A stretch of DNA of 64,000 nt, taken from positions 1 through 64,000 of the IMG/VR virus record IMGVR_UViG_3300025030_000068. One strand, 5' to 3'. Origin of the DNA: a virus. Positions 56,901-64,000 of this stretch are shown piece by piece; position 1 is the first letter of the stretch, and each line of letters starts with the position of its first letter. Below the pieces are notes generated by a model. That model worked only from the letters and a program-made list of their open reading frames with translations. It was not told the origin of the DNA and did no database searches. A program made the position numbers and the translations under genes.

Positions 56901-57725
56901 CCACCTCACCGAGCCATCCCCGCCAGTCGACACAAGGATTGTTCCGTTGTTGTCAACGAAAGTGCCAGTGTCTTTACGGAAGTTACCACCTCCACCATCT
57001 CCCGCCGTGGTATGCCCTTCGACGTAAACCACCGTAGCCGAGCCGGTGTAATCGCGCAGGGCTTGGATGCTGGCAACGTGGGGGACAAGAGCTGGAAGGT
57101 TGGCTTTTTCGTCGGCGGTAGGAAACCGGGCATCATCAAACGCTGCAACCGTATCACCGATGGATTCTGGCTGCAGAGCCGTGGCCGCCAGGGCAATATT
57201 GGTCTGCTCCGTAGTGGTCGTGCCATGCTGGACCGTGGATGCGTGGGAAGAAATCGCCCCGGCGACGGAGGGATCGGTCTCGGCTTGCAGCGCCGTATCC
57301 GCTGTTGCTCCCTGGGCGGCGGTGGCGAAATCAACAGGATCAAAGCTGGCAGCGGGGGAGGCGGCAAAGATCGGATCAGCTTCCACCTCAATGCCTACCG
57401 GACCTTCTTGATCGGTTCCGCATGTAAAGTTTCCGGTGGCAGTGTCAAAGGCGATCACTTTATCCGTGCCGGTGCAGGTGACCGAGTTGACGACCGTCCC
57501 GGCACCCCCTAGCGCCGCTTCCAGCCCATCGATGTCCGCGATGGCATGCCCGTGCCCCAGCAGCGAGAAGTAGGTCGTCAGCTGGAGGCCATACATGACG
57601 CCGGCCCGGTCCACAAGCACCTCATCGGTCGACTGCAGCGGTCCGGGAATCGGAGTGTACAGGCTGGCGCTGGCGGTGGCCGCCCAGAACAGGATAGTGA
57701 TCAATAATCGCAGGGTACTCCTCAT
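53970..57725 (-). CDS. Large tailspike/fibre-like protein with beta-helix (pectate-lyase-like) domain, 25-aa repeats and an N-terminal signal peptide
   Basis: MRSTLRLLITILFWAATASA; HGHAIADIDGLEAAL; GHTTAGDGGGGNF..DNNGT..HLRWFGAKG tailspike motif; AANSAAVKAVYDLA; C-terminal lectin-like beta-sandwich. Confidence 0.75.
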   Translation of the reverse strand: MRSTLRLLITILFWAATASASLYTPIPGPLQSTDEVLVDRAGVMYGLQLTTYFSLLGHGHAIADIDGLEAALGGAGTVVNSVTCTGTDKVIAFDTATGNFTCGTDQEGPVGIEVEADPIFAASPAASFDPVDFATAAQGATADTALQAETDPSVAGAISSHASTVQHGTTTTEQTNIALAATALQPESIGDTVAAFDDARFPTADEKANLPALVPHVASIQALRDYTGSATVVYVEGHTTAGDGGGGNFRKDTGTFVDNNGTILVSTGGDGSVRWLRDYSGTVHLRWFGAKGTGLDTDKVSNFEAIKAWWNYGASSKNPLYVDPGVYVTTMFGGEVAGFSALNNVWIYGDETVSEFKLASGENTRLLYDSTQYSAGIRGVRFNGNNPPASWGGAQLNPGTSALVELSGWGNTYDSVVASFSGGTGFLFQSSQQIDLRRIKAYFNVGRGLELSRVIGADLFSPWAEGNDLGGILLRGGSDGGTSRAQAYFSPSIRVYGGYYEGSNPGLELSGICGVKIFGGTDPTNNSAPVFHITKDLTSGAGRQESHSNIIDMTGVYGQTVIDVGNQGNTILLSTGSHYTDPSNAESRKTVIDNDGRNIIRTQIKVWGDLPVSTDTARVNYLDDSNPAAVTIIEGAVSTVSYPTGNLFNPAVSHVAAKNKSCHVEFIPDGVETNGITAYGSAAAVPINSTLYAQVALKVPPSVFLQIQLRDAVNNQYYDWDSQTWAAADTQYNVMPSGQAEFINLSFLTDAVATRKLELRVRINYGYGHADARRCKFYYMGIVNGIDAGLIHRRGAVTVGYGMTDAFFTTAALPAHTEIQKGTTVFDTTTSTRKTATETGWQAVLQEESDPIASGAIAALTPGTIGAESADAAIIKESELSSATNSDSSTTAANSAAVKAVYDLASSKQPLLSISIEQWIAWGGTLPARGDSAICDELHVQYNSVNTYLDSIGINDSNIECGAGWLSLGPTISMSGQSMTLAYGGFAPSAPAGPQTIGMTAQEMVSAYGAIGVLAAGGPVTITLDAQSMTSSYGGLAVSAPAGAATITIASQSMTSAYGTLGVTAVGANSFVDLFTYSDGAVPAPWTSTGSPSISSSKLLFNAIGEAVRTPTAMVRGFAVEIDLQMPLATGEDDWTSTEIGVGSSSTHGATGSYGLAFSNEIDIELTPFGMALILKNGTIVASQAITQSSANRVIRFELHDNGDLIGKIGGTTVITYNDATYTDFSYLFLTDTSSITPTTLINNVLVEALP
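54525..54825 (-). repeat. Four tandem ~75-bp (25-aa) repeats
   Basis: TISMSGQSMTLAYGG / TIGMTAQEMVSAYGA / TITLDAQSMTSSYGG / TITIASQSMTSAYGT. Confidence 0.85.
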
Positions 57726-58705
57726 GCCCAGGTTCCTCTCATGATTTCAACGAGCCAAATGTTGTCGTTCAGCCCGGTTAATTTCAGCATGACGCCGGCA
57801 GCGGCAATACTTGTCAGGGTGATGCCGATGGCCGACAGCGTGCCGTTCTGCAGGAGTAGTCGGTCGTCACCGGATAGTTGCACCGAGACGGCATTGTTCG
57901 ACAGTCCGACGTAAATGTGGCTGATGCCGACCGCGCAGGCAGGGACGACGAATGCTTGCGCTCCGGTGGCGGTATGCACCGTTGAGCTGCCAATAGCGAG
58001 ATCGCCGCTGCCGAGCAGGCTCTGGCCGTTGATGGTTTTGATGTTGGTACCGGAGACTAACGCGGGCTGCATAAGGACGAGCTGGTCGACGAAGTCCTCG
58101 GCACTGACCGCGCCGACGTCCGCCGCCGTCAGGGTGACGATGCCAACCTGCCCATTGACGCTGCCGACCGCGCCGCCCTCGACCAGGATACCGTCGATGG
58201 CCGCCGTGATATCCTCGGTGGTCGCGAGATTGTCGGGCAGGCTCTGGATGACCGGGTTCCCGTCGTAGTAGAGAAGTCCGCCGACAATCGCGAATTTATC
58301 AAGAATGATGGTATGTTGGAGGATGTGCTGTTGGAACGCTGTGAGTTCCTGCGTCGTCAGTTCTCCGCCTCCCGCGCGAAAATCAAACCACTTGACCGGG
58401 CTGAGGTCGCCGCTATTCAGATTGGCGGCAAAGGACGGCTGCCCCATGATGCTGCAGAGGTATTGCCGTCCTCCTTCGCCGCGATCTGTTGGCCACAGGG
58501 ACAGCGAGAATTCCCCTGATATGTTCGTGTAGACTGTATGCCGCCGGCTGACCACTTTTTCTTGGCTGATCAAATCAAAGGAGTCGGTGGGGATGAATCC
58601 CTTAACCAGACAGAACTCGATCTTCGCGCCGACAATCAGGTTGCCCGCCGAGTCGACGAGCGGTTGCCCGGCATTATTGATCTCGCGTGTGATAAGCGGT
58701 GGCAT
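57722..58705 (-). CDS. Tail-fibre-associated protein
   Basis: VGSVNGQVGIVTLTAADVGA and QPALVSGTNIKTINGQSLLGSGDL fibre motifs. Confidence 0.7.
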   Translation of the reverse strand: MPPLITREINNAGQPLVDSAGNLIVGAKIEFCLVKGFIPTDSFDLISQEKVVSRRHTVYTNISGEFSLSLWPTDRGEGGRQYLCSIMGQPSFAANLNSGDLSPVKWFDFRAGGGELTTQELTAFQQHILQHTIILDKFAIVGGLLYYDGNPVIQSLPDNLATTEDITAAIDGILVEGGAVGSVNGQVGIVTLTAADVGAVSAEDFVDQLVLMQPALVSGTNIKTINGQSLLGSGDLAIGSSTVHTATGAQAFVVPACAVGISHIYVGLSNNAVSVQLSGDDRLLLQNGTLSAIGITLTSIAAAGVMLKLTGLNDNIWLVEIMRGTWA

Positions 58706-58737
58706 AGGTTATCCCTTGCTGTGGCGGTTAGACGTTG

Positions 58738-59034
58738 TTACTTCGTCGAGTCCTTGATCTTCTGGACGGCCATTTCAATGGCCGCATTGACAAGGCTGGT
58801 GCCGACGTTGACTCCAACAATAATTCCCTGTTTCTGCAGGTCTCTGGTGATGAGTTGCAGGGCTGCGTCCCGCTTCTCGCTGGAACTGGCACCGCTGTAG
58901 TTTGCGGCAACGATCTTGACAGCAGCCAGTGCGGCCTTGGCAAGAATCGGCCCTGCGTCACGCGCCATCTGGCGCAGGAAGGGGAGGCAGAAATCGAAAA
59001 TGCTGGTCATGGCAAGCTTCATTTTTTCCCACAT
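58738..59034 (-). CDS. Holin-like / lysis-cassette protein
   Basis: SSSEKRDAA...VNAAIEMAVQKIK resembles LL-H-type holin C-termini; in lysis cassette. Confidence 0.5.
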   Translation of the reverse strand: MWEKMKLAMTSIFDFCLPFLRQMARDAGPILAKAALAAVKIVAANYSGASSSEKRDAALQLITRDLQKQGIIVGVNVGTSLVNAAIEMAVQKIKDSTK

Positions 59035-59131
59035 GGCTTGAGTCTCCTTTTGAGTTTGTTGAGTATTTTTAGCAGCCAGACGTCAATGTTCAGCCGCCAT
59101 GTGTGGCTGATGCGGAGCGGGTTGCGTGGTA

Positions 59132-59383
59132 TCACGGTGCGGTGGCCTTGACCGCCTCGGTGTTCTTGTCGATCTTGCGTCCGATGCCGATCATGCCCAG
59201 GCCCCCCGAGATTGACAGCACGCACTGCTCGATGCTCATGGAAAGGTCGACGGGGACCATATCCGGCCAGGCAATACGGACGAAGCCCACGAGGCCGAGC
59301 ATGATCAGGGCGACGCCTGCGACTTTCGTCCGGTAGCTCTCCGGGACATATTTGCCGACAAACTGTAAAATTTTCTCTTTCAT
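59132..59383 (-). CDS. Putative holin (two TM segments)
   Basis: Two TM segments and a basic C-terminus; directly downstream of the endolysin. Confidence 0.6.
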   Translation of the reverse strand: MKEKILQFVGKYVPESYRTKVAGVALIMLGLVGFVRIAWPDMVPVDLSMSIEQCVLSISGGLGMIGIGRKIDKNTEAVKATAP

Positions 59384-59393
59384 GTGGCCTCCC

Positions 59394-59915
59394 TTAAATT
59401 CTGACGTAGCAAACAACAGCACCGGGTGAAGTCCTGCGCTTCTCCCAGACACCATCTCCTGTGGTGCTCTCTCGATCCCCGGCTCCATTGGTATTCCCTT
59501 CAACTGTCGTAATGTGGTCGAAGCACATGTGCTGGTCAGCGACTACGATGCCGATGTGCCCGCCTCCTTGCTGTGCTCCGTTGAAGTCGAAGATCACGAA
59601 GTCGCCGGCCTTGGCCAGTTCGGTCTTGGCGATGATCTCGCAGCCGTTCTTGCGGCCCCACGTCTCCCATCCAAATGCGCTGGCGTCTTGGCAGCGGGAT
59701 AATTTGATCTCTGGGAAGAATGCGAGGGCTTCCCGGAGTACCCAGCAGCACAGCGCAGCACACCAAGGCCATGAAGCCGGCGCCAGCCATGTCGCCATCA
59801 TGTACTGACGGATCTGGGCGCCGTTGTTGTTGCCGCCGACTTCGCGAGTTCCGACTTGCGACAACGCGATCTCGACGATCTTGGCACGGAGTTGCTGCTT
59901 TTGTTCGGGCGTCAT
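59394..59915 (-). CDS. CHAP-domain endolysin
   Basis: ALSQVGTRE..GNNNG, WPWCAA, GHIGIV, TVEGNT. Confidence 0.85.
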   Translation of the reverse strand: MTPEQKQQLRAKIVEIALSQVGTREVGGNNNGAQIRQYMMATWLAPASWPWCAALCCWVLREALAFFPEIKLSRCQDASAFGWETWGRKNGCEIIAKTELAKAGDFVIFDFNGAQQGGGHIGIVVADQHMCFDHITTVEGNTNGAGDRESTTGDGVWEKRRTSPGAVVCYVRI

Positions 59916-59979
59916 GGCTTCTTACCTCTTGCGTCCTCGTGGCGCTGCGTTGACATAGGGAACACTCCGGCCACAAACT

Positions 59980-60591
59980 TTACCAGCCGGTCTCGATGTC
60001 GTAGGCGTCGATAGTCTCGATGGTTCCGAGTGCCTCAATGGCTTCGGCATGTGCCCGCTCGGCGGTGAAGTGCGCCTGCACATGGCTACTGACGGCTGCG
60101 GCAATCTGCATAACCATCGGTGCGCCGATCTTGATCCAGCCGTCAGCGCCCTTGAAGTCAATCTGTCGTGTCGGATCAATCTGCACTGCGACGTAGGCAC
60201 CTGTAATCATCGCTTGGCTGGCACGGTCCGTCATGATCGTAGCCGGTCCAATGATGAGCCCTGCAGTCTCACGCTGGTAGCGGGCTGCGGCCAGAGCGGC
60301 GAGCTTATCTTCTTTGGCGCTGGCCAGTGTCCGGGCTGGCGGCTCCTCGTTGTAGGGCCGAGCTTGCCCGTGGAATTTTATGGAGCGACCCTTGCTCTGC
60401 CATTCCATCAAAGACTGGTACTCCTCCTCGGAGAGTTCTTTGGCATCGAGTGGGATCAGACAGTTGGGATTTGGAACCATGTATCTGTCAACGACGGCTC
60501 CTTCTCCATCGGTGTCGACCTGCTCTATTTCCCGTTCGCCGTGAATGGTGGTATCGAAAAAACCCGATTTTGTCGCTGAGAAGTATTTCAT
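59980..60591 (-). CDS. Tail fibre assembly protein with DUF4376-like C-terminus
   Basis: YFSATKSGFF..IP.DA.ELSEEEY..L; ARYQRETAG..TDRASQ..FKGADGW..HVQAHF. Confidence 0.8.
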   Translation of the reverse strand: MKYFSATKSGFFDTTIHGEREIEQVDTDGEGAVVDRYMVPNPNCLIPLDAKELSEEEYQSLMEWQSKGRSIKFHGQARPYNEEPPARTLASAKEDKLAALAAARYQRETAGLIIGPATIMTDRASQAMITGAYVAVQIDPTRQIDFKGADGWIKIGAPMVMQIAAAVSSHVQAHFTAERAHAEAIEALGTIETIDAYDIETGW

Positions 60592-60602
60592 GGCTGACTC
60601 CT

Positions 60603-61307
60603 TTAAACTCCAATCGCAATAAAATCGAGGACTTTTCCAGCGTCAGCAGCTGTCCACGTAAAATAGGAAGGTGCTTTGCCGGTAATTGTGTGCGTATGGG
60701 GAGGATAATTCCCGCCGTTTGTTTGTGTCGCAACGACGGCTAGGCAGGCACTGGGAAATGCGGTAGGGAAATAAGTGGTCCCACTACTCGTTGATCCCCA
60801 CTGGATCATAAATCCTTGCGGTGTCTTAAAATATCCGTTGTAAGTGAGATAATGAGCGAAGGCGTTAATGTGGTTGGTGGCATTGGTGGCAGAACCAACC
60901 ACCATCGCCGCTCTGGATGCCAGAAAACCGTTGCCGTTGGAATCCGCACCCCACAAGTATGTCGGGTTATTGTGCGAATTTGCCCAACTGAAATGCTGCC
61001 CGTCGACTGTATCCGCATTGCCGGCACTGGTTGCCGATGTCGCGTTGCCGCTCAATGCTGCGGTGATGACCCTTGTGGAAAAGTCTCCGTTGGCATCGCG
61101 CAGAACCAGCCGGCTTCCGACGTTTGAAGCGGTCGCGCTGTGGGGATTGGTCAGCGCCGCATGTACGGCAGCCGCAAGTTTGTTGAACTCCGTGCGGTTG
61201 GCGAGGATCTGCATCAGTTCTTCGAGGATGGCCTGATTCAGCTCGTCGCCGTCAATGATGGACTTGACGGGTGAAGTGAATTCATTGACGGGTGTCAGGT
61301 TCTTCAT
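60603..61307 (-). CDS. Tail fibre protein (gp53-like C-terminal domain)
   Basis: LVLRDANGDFS, NADTVDG, NGYFKTPQGFMIQWG..FPTAFPSAC..FIAIG. Confidence 0.8.
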   Translation of the reverse strand: MKNLTPVNEFTSPVKSIIDGDELNQAILEELMQILANRTEFNKLAAAVHAALTNPHSATASNVGSRLVLRDANGDFSTRVITAALSGNATSATSAGNADTVDGQHFSWANSHNNPTYLWGADSNGNGFLASRAAMVVGSATNATNHINAFAHYLTYNGYFKTPQGFMIQWGSTSSGTTYFPTAFPSACLAVVATQTNGGNYPPHTHTITGKAPSYFTWTAADAGKVLDFIAIGV

Positions 61308-61319
61308 CGGTGCCTCCGG

Positions 61320-61775
61320 CTATTGAACCGAGATCGTCCATTCGACGGTGATTTTGTACAGCGTCGACTTGGTGATCGGGGTGATAATAACTCTTGAAAA
61401 AAGGATCTCGGTGGCGTCCGATTTGAGGCCGAGTTCTTGGTAGGTGAAGCTGCCGCCCTCGTTCCCTTCCATCGTCGTCGCGAACATGACCTTGTTATAG
61501 GCCGGATAGGTGACGGTGACCGCCTTCTCAAACTGCTCGTCGATCAGGGCGGTGTCGGCGGTCGCGGCTGCTTGGTTCGACGTACCGAACGCCATCTTGG
61601 TGATGTGCTCTAGGTTTTTATAGCTGGCATCGCCGCCGAGAAGCTTGGCGACCAGAGTCTTTCCCCCATTCACAATCAAATTCTGGATGTCCCGCTCCTC
61701 AACCAGTGTTCCGTCGAGGGTTCGCACGGAAATCTTTAAGTCGCCGCGCAGGCCGATCATTTCACCGATGTTCAT
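61320..61775 (-). CDS. Baseplate/tail-collar fibre-attachment protein
   Basis: NLIVNGGK, MAFGT, ATTADTAL, EGN..YQELGL..LFSR. Confidence 0.75.
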   Translation of the reverse strand: MNIGEMIGLRGDLKISVRTLDGTLVEERDIQNLIVNGGKTLVAKLLGGDASYKNLEHITKMAFGTSNQAAATADTALIDEQFEKAVTVTYPAYNKVMFATTMEGNEGGSFTYQELGLKSDATEILFSRVIITPITKSTLYKITVEWTISVQ

Positions 61776-61776
61776 C

Positions 61777-62787
61777 CTATCCTCCGTAAAGTCCGGTCGC
61801 GACGATGCTGCCATCGGCGACGAGAATGGTTTTCACTGCGATCTGTTCTTTGATGGCGTCATTGGTCCCACATAGCAGTCCCGGCGTCCCGCAAATCCAT
61901 CCGGTACCGCAGATAATTGCGCCCGGAAGGAATGTGTCGTCGATGCCGGCGTTGATCGATGCGCCGACCGTCTCAGTAATCGACACGTTTTCGCTGATTG
62001 CGTTGAGCTTGCTCAGGACGGTCTGCAGGAAGTCGGTCCCGGCGGCCTTGTTCTTCCGCACCACGGCCTTCATGCGGTCAATCAGGAGCAGGGCTTCTTC
62101 CGCCGACAAGTCGTTCGGGACGGCAAGGTCGAGCAGGAAGCGTCCGGCGGCTTCGGCTTGGTCTTCTGGCGGCAGCTCGGCAACATTGGGCAGGGCATCG
62201 CGCACAGTGCAAATCATCCCGAAGGCTTCCGCGATGATGTTCTCCAGTGCCACATTGTTGCTGCGCGGCCTTATCGCTTCGGCGATGGCCCGGTTCAGAA
62301 AGGTTGCGTCGCTCTCTCCGGCGACCCGGTAGGTGCCAAAGAGGTCGCCCCACTCCTCCGCCCAGGTGCCGGTGGCGGAGTGCAGGTAGAGCTGCTTGGT
62401 GGCGTCGTCGATGCGATCTCGCTGGTTGTCCAGTTCCCATGCGCTGGTCTTGAGTTCCGACCAGAGCAGCGACTGGTGATAGCCGATGGATTCTCCCGAC
62501 TGCGCCGTCCCCTGTTCGACAATCCCTCGCGCCAGCATGGTTCCGTACTGGCCGTCGTAGAGGACGGTGGTGAAGCCCTTGACTTGCAGGGCGGCAAGGA
62601 AATCGTTGACCGTGCCCGTTTCAAGGCTGATCGTCGTCGTTCCGGTGGCGTCGGTCGTCAGACACCGCAGGCCGACAATGCGAAAGGTGGCACCGTCCTT
62701 AGTGATCGTTGCGATCTCGACACGCTGCGGCGATTTATTCCATACGGAGTTCAGCCGGGCTAGGACTCGTTCGAAGGCGCCCATCAT
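61777..62787 (-). CDS. Baseplate wedge protein (P2 gpI-like)
   Basis: LHSATGTWAEEWGDLFGTYRVAGESDATF; downstream of baseplate J. Confidence 0.7.
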   Translation of the reverse strand: MMGAFERVLARLNSVWNKSPQRVEIATITKDGATFRIVGLRCLTTDATGTTTISLETGTVNDFLAALQVKGFTTVLYDGQYGTMLARGIVEQGTAQSGESIGYHQSLLWSELKTSAWELDNQRDRIDDATKQLYLHSATGTWAEEWGDLFGTYRVAGESDATFLNRAIAEAIRPRSNNVALENIIAEAFGMICTVRDALPNVAELPPEDQAEAAGRFLLDLAVPNDLSAEEALLLIDRMKAVVRKNKAAGTDFLQTVLSKLNAISENVSITETVGASINAGIDDTFLPGAIICGTGWICGTPGLLCGTNDAIKEQIAVKTILVADGSIVATGLYGG

Positions 62788-63884
62788 GTCACCGTAATCG
62801 TGCCGGGGATGAGCACTTGCGTGTCGGTGATGGTGACGTCGGCGGCAGGAACCGACACGTCGCAGTTTGTCACGCCGTCGACCGCCATCGTCAGCTGCAC
62901 CAGTTCCGCCCAGATCAAATCGTCTCCGACCTTGAGCGTGGCGAAGTAGGCCAAGATCGCCTCTTCAATGGCTTCGGCAGCTCCGCTGGCGCTGGCAGAC
63001 TGCGTCGTCGCGATGGTCACATCCTGTGCGACCGGCGTGGCGGAGACGGCGGTGACGACGACCCCGGCAGCTTTGTATCCGGCAATCTTCACGCCGTTGT
63101 CGTCGACATAACCGTCGATGATCTTCTGCGCTTCGGTAATCAGTCCCGCCGAGGCGGTTCCGACGCCGTTGTAGATAACGCAATCCGCGATGGCCTGCCC
63201 GGTCAGGATCGTCTTGGCCGAGACCACTTGCTCGGTGACAACTCCCTCCACCAGCAGCCGGGCCGTGGTGGCGCCGTATTCAATAGCGGTATCGGTGGCC
63301 CGCGACAGATTGAGGACGTAGTTGGCAAAGCGTTCGCGTCGGCTGGATTCTGTTTCGCGTTCGGCGCCATTCGAGAATGACAGCGGGTTGCTGACTGCGG
63401 TGATTCCGGGGATGGTCGTCTTTAGAACCGTAATGGTGGCGGCGCCCGTGTTCCCGGTGGTCCCGGCAGTGGTACAGGCAACGTTGATGCTGGTGGTCGC
63501 TTGCCCGGCCAAGATCGTCCCGTCGGCGACGGTGACGAAGACCTTCTCGGCGATGGTGGCGGTGGCGGTGGTCGCAACTCGCGTGCCGGCAGGAATATTG
63601 ATGTCGCTACCGGGGACTGGATTCGCGGTAAAAGTCACGGCCCCAGCGGCTTTGCTCGCCGGCAGCAGGGAGAAAGTAAAGGCTTGATAGACTGCGACCG
63701 GGATCGCCTTCTTGACTGCCGCATAGAACTGGTAGTCCTGCTCCTCCATTTCAACGGCAATGGCCTCGAACTTGGTGCGGAGCTTGGAGCCGACGACCAG
63801 ATCGGTCACGGTACTGCAAATACCCGTGAACCAGCCGACCATGCGGGAAACTCTGATGTCTGCCTTGATAATCTCGAATGCCAT
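62784..63884 (-). CDS. Baseplate J/gp47-family protein
   Basis: KAAGAVTF, IPAGTRV, CTTAGTTGN, NGAERETESSRRER, VDGV. Confidence 0.9.
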   Translation of the reverse strand: MAFEIIKADIRVSRMVGWFTGICSTVTDLVVGSKLRTKFEAIAVEMEEQDYQFYAAVKKAIPVAVYQAFTFSLLPASKAAGAVTFTANPVPGSDINIPAGTRVATTATATIAEKVFVTVADGTILAGQATTSINVACTTAGTTGNTGAATITVLKTTIPGITAVSNPLSFSNGAERETESSRRERFANYVLNLSRATDTAIEYGATTARLLVEGVVTEQVVSAKTILTGQAIADCVIYNGVGTASAGLITEAQKIIDGYVDDNGVKIAGYKAAGVVVTAVSATPVAQDVTIATTQSASASGAAEAIEEAILAYFATLKVGDDLIWAELVQLTMAVDGVTNCDVSVPAADVTITDTQVLIPGTITVT

Positions 63885-63890
63885 GCCGGT

Positions 63891-63919
63891 ATCTTAACCT
63901 CTCGCGTTTCCTATATCAA
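63891..63919 (-). promoter_or_regulatory. sigma70-like promoter/operator, possibly giving a leaderless baseplate J mRNA
   Basis: TTGATA-TAGGAAACGCGAGAGGT(17)-TAAGAT, then 6 nt to ATG. Confidence 0.65.
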
Positions 63920-64000
63920 AGAATTTGCTCATGCGACCAGCAGCCGCATTTGTTCCGGATTTGACCTGCCCACCAGCTTGCAGCGCACGTCGACATAAAG

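Noticed and set aside
53970-61307. Diversity-generating retroelement or invertible tail-fibre cassette
   Set aside because: No reverse transcriptase, no template/variable repeat pair, and no invertase or inverted fibre copies seen in the window.

Overview
This is 64 kb of a temperate, contractile-tailed (myovirus-type) dsDNA phage. It appears to be in the excised or virion configuration, because an intact-looking attP (tRNA 3'-end core plus flanking arm-like repeats) sits mid-window with phage genes on both sides. The host is probably a GC-rich Gram-negative bacterium (inference). The minus strand carries terminase, portal, a MuF-type head protein, a cluster of polyprotein-like putative internal-virion proteins, thyX, a ParB-methylase, lysis genes, tail-fibre and baseplate genes, and a module of signal-peptide-bearing fibre proteins with a GH94-like enzyme. 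The plus strand carries two methylases, many small accessory ORFs, integrase, a tandem-HTH repressor, SSB, initiator/DnaB, an exonuclease and SbcCD. Major capsid, prohead protease and sheath genes are not in the window. Four unexplained patterns stand out. (1) A 39-bp non-sigma70 promoter-like element, AAACCACCAGTTA-N5-GGTTTCTTTTC-N5-TGAAG, occurs 7 times, always heading plus-strand operons, and a sigma70-like domain is buried inside a putative virion-packaged polyprotein. (2) A reusable (L/I/V/F/M)xK(S/A)-HVKxYxR...EHDDSR tag is attached to swappable cargo domains. (3) About 14 copies of an asymmetric operator, TTGATATAGGGAAC, overlap sigma70 -35 boxes or lie inside operons. (4) Virion-type fibre proteins carry Sec or lipoprotein signal peptides. 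All protein family calls are by eye from motifs; no database search was run.
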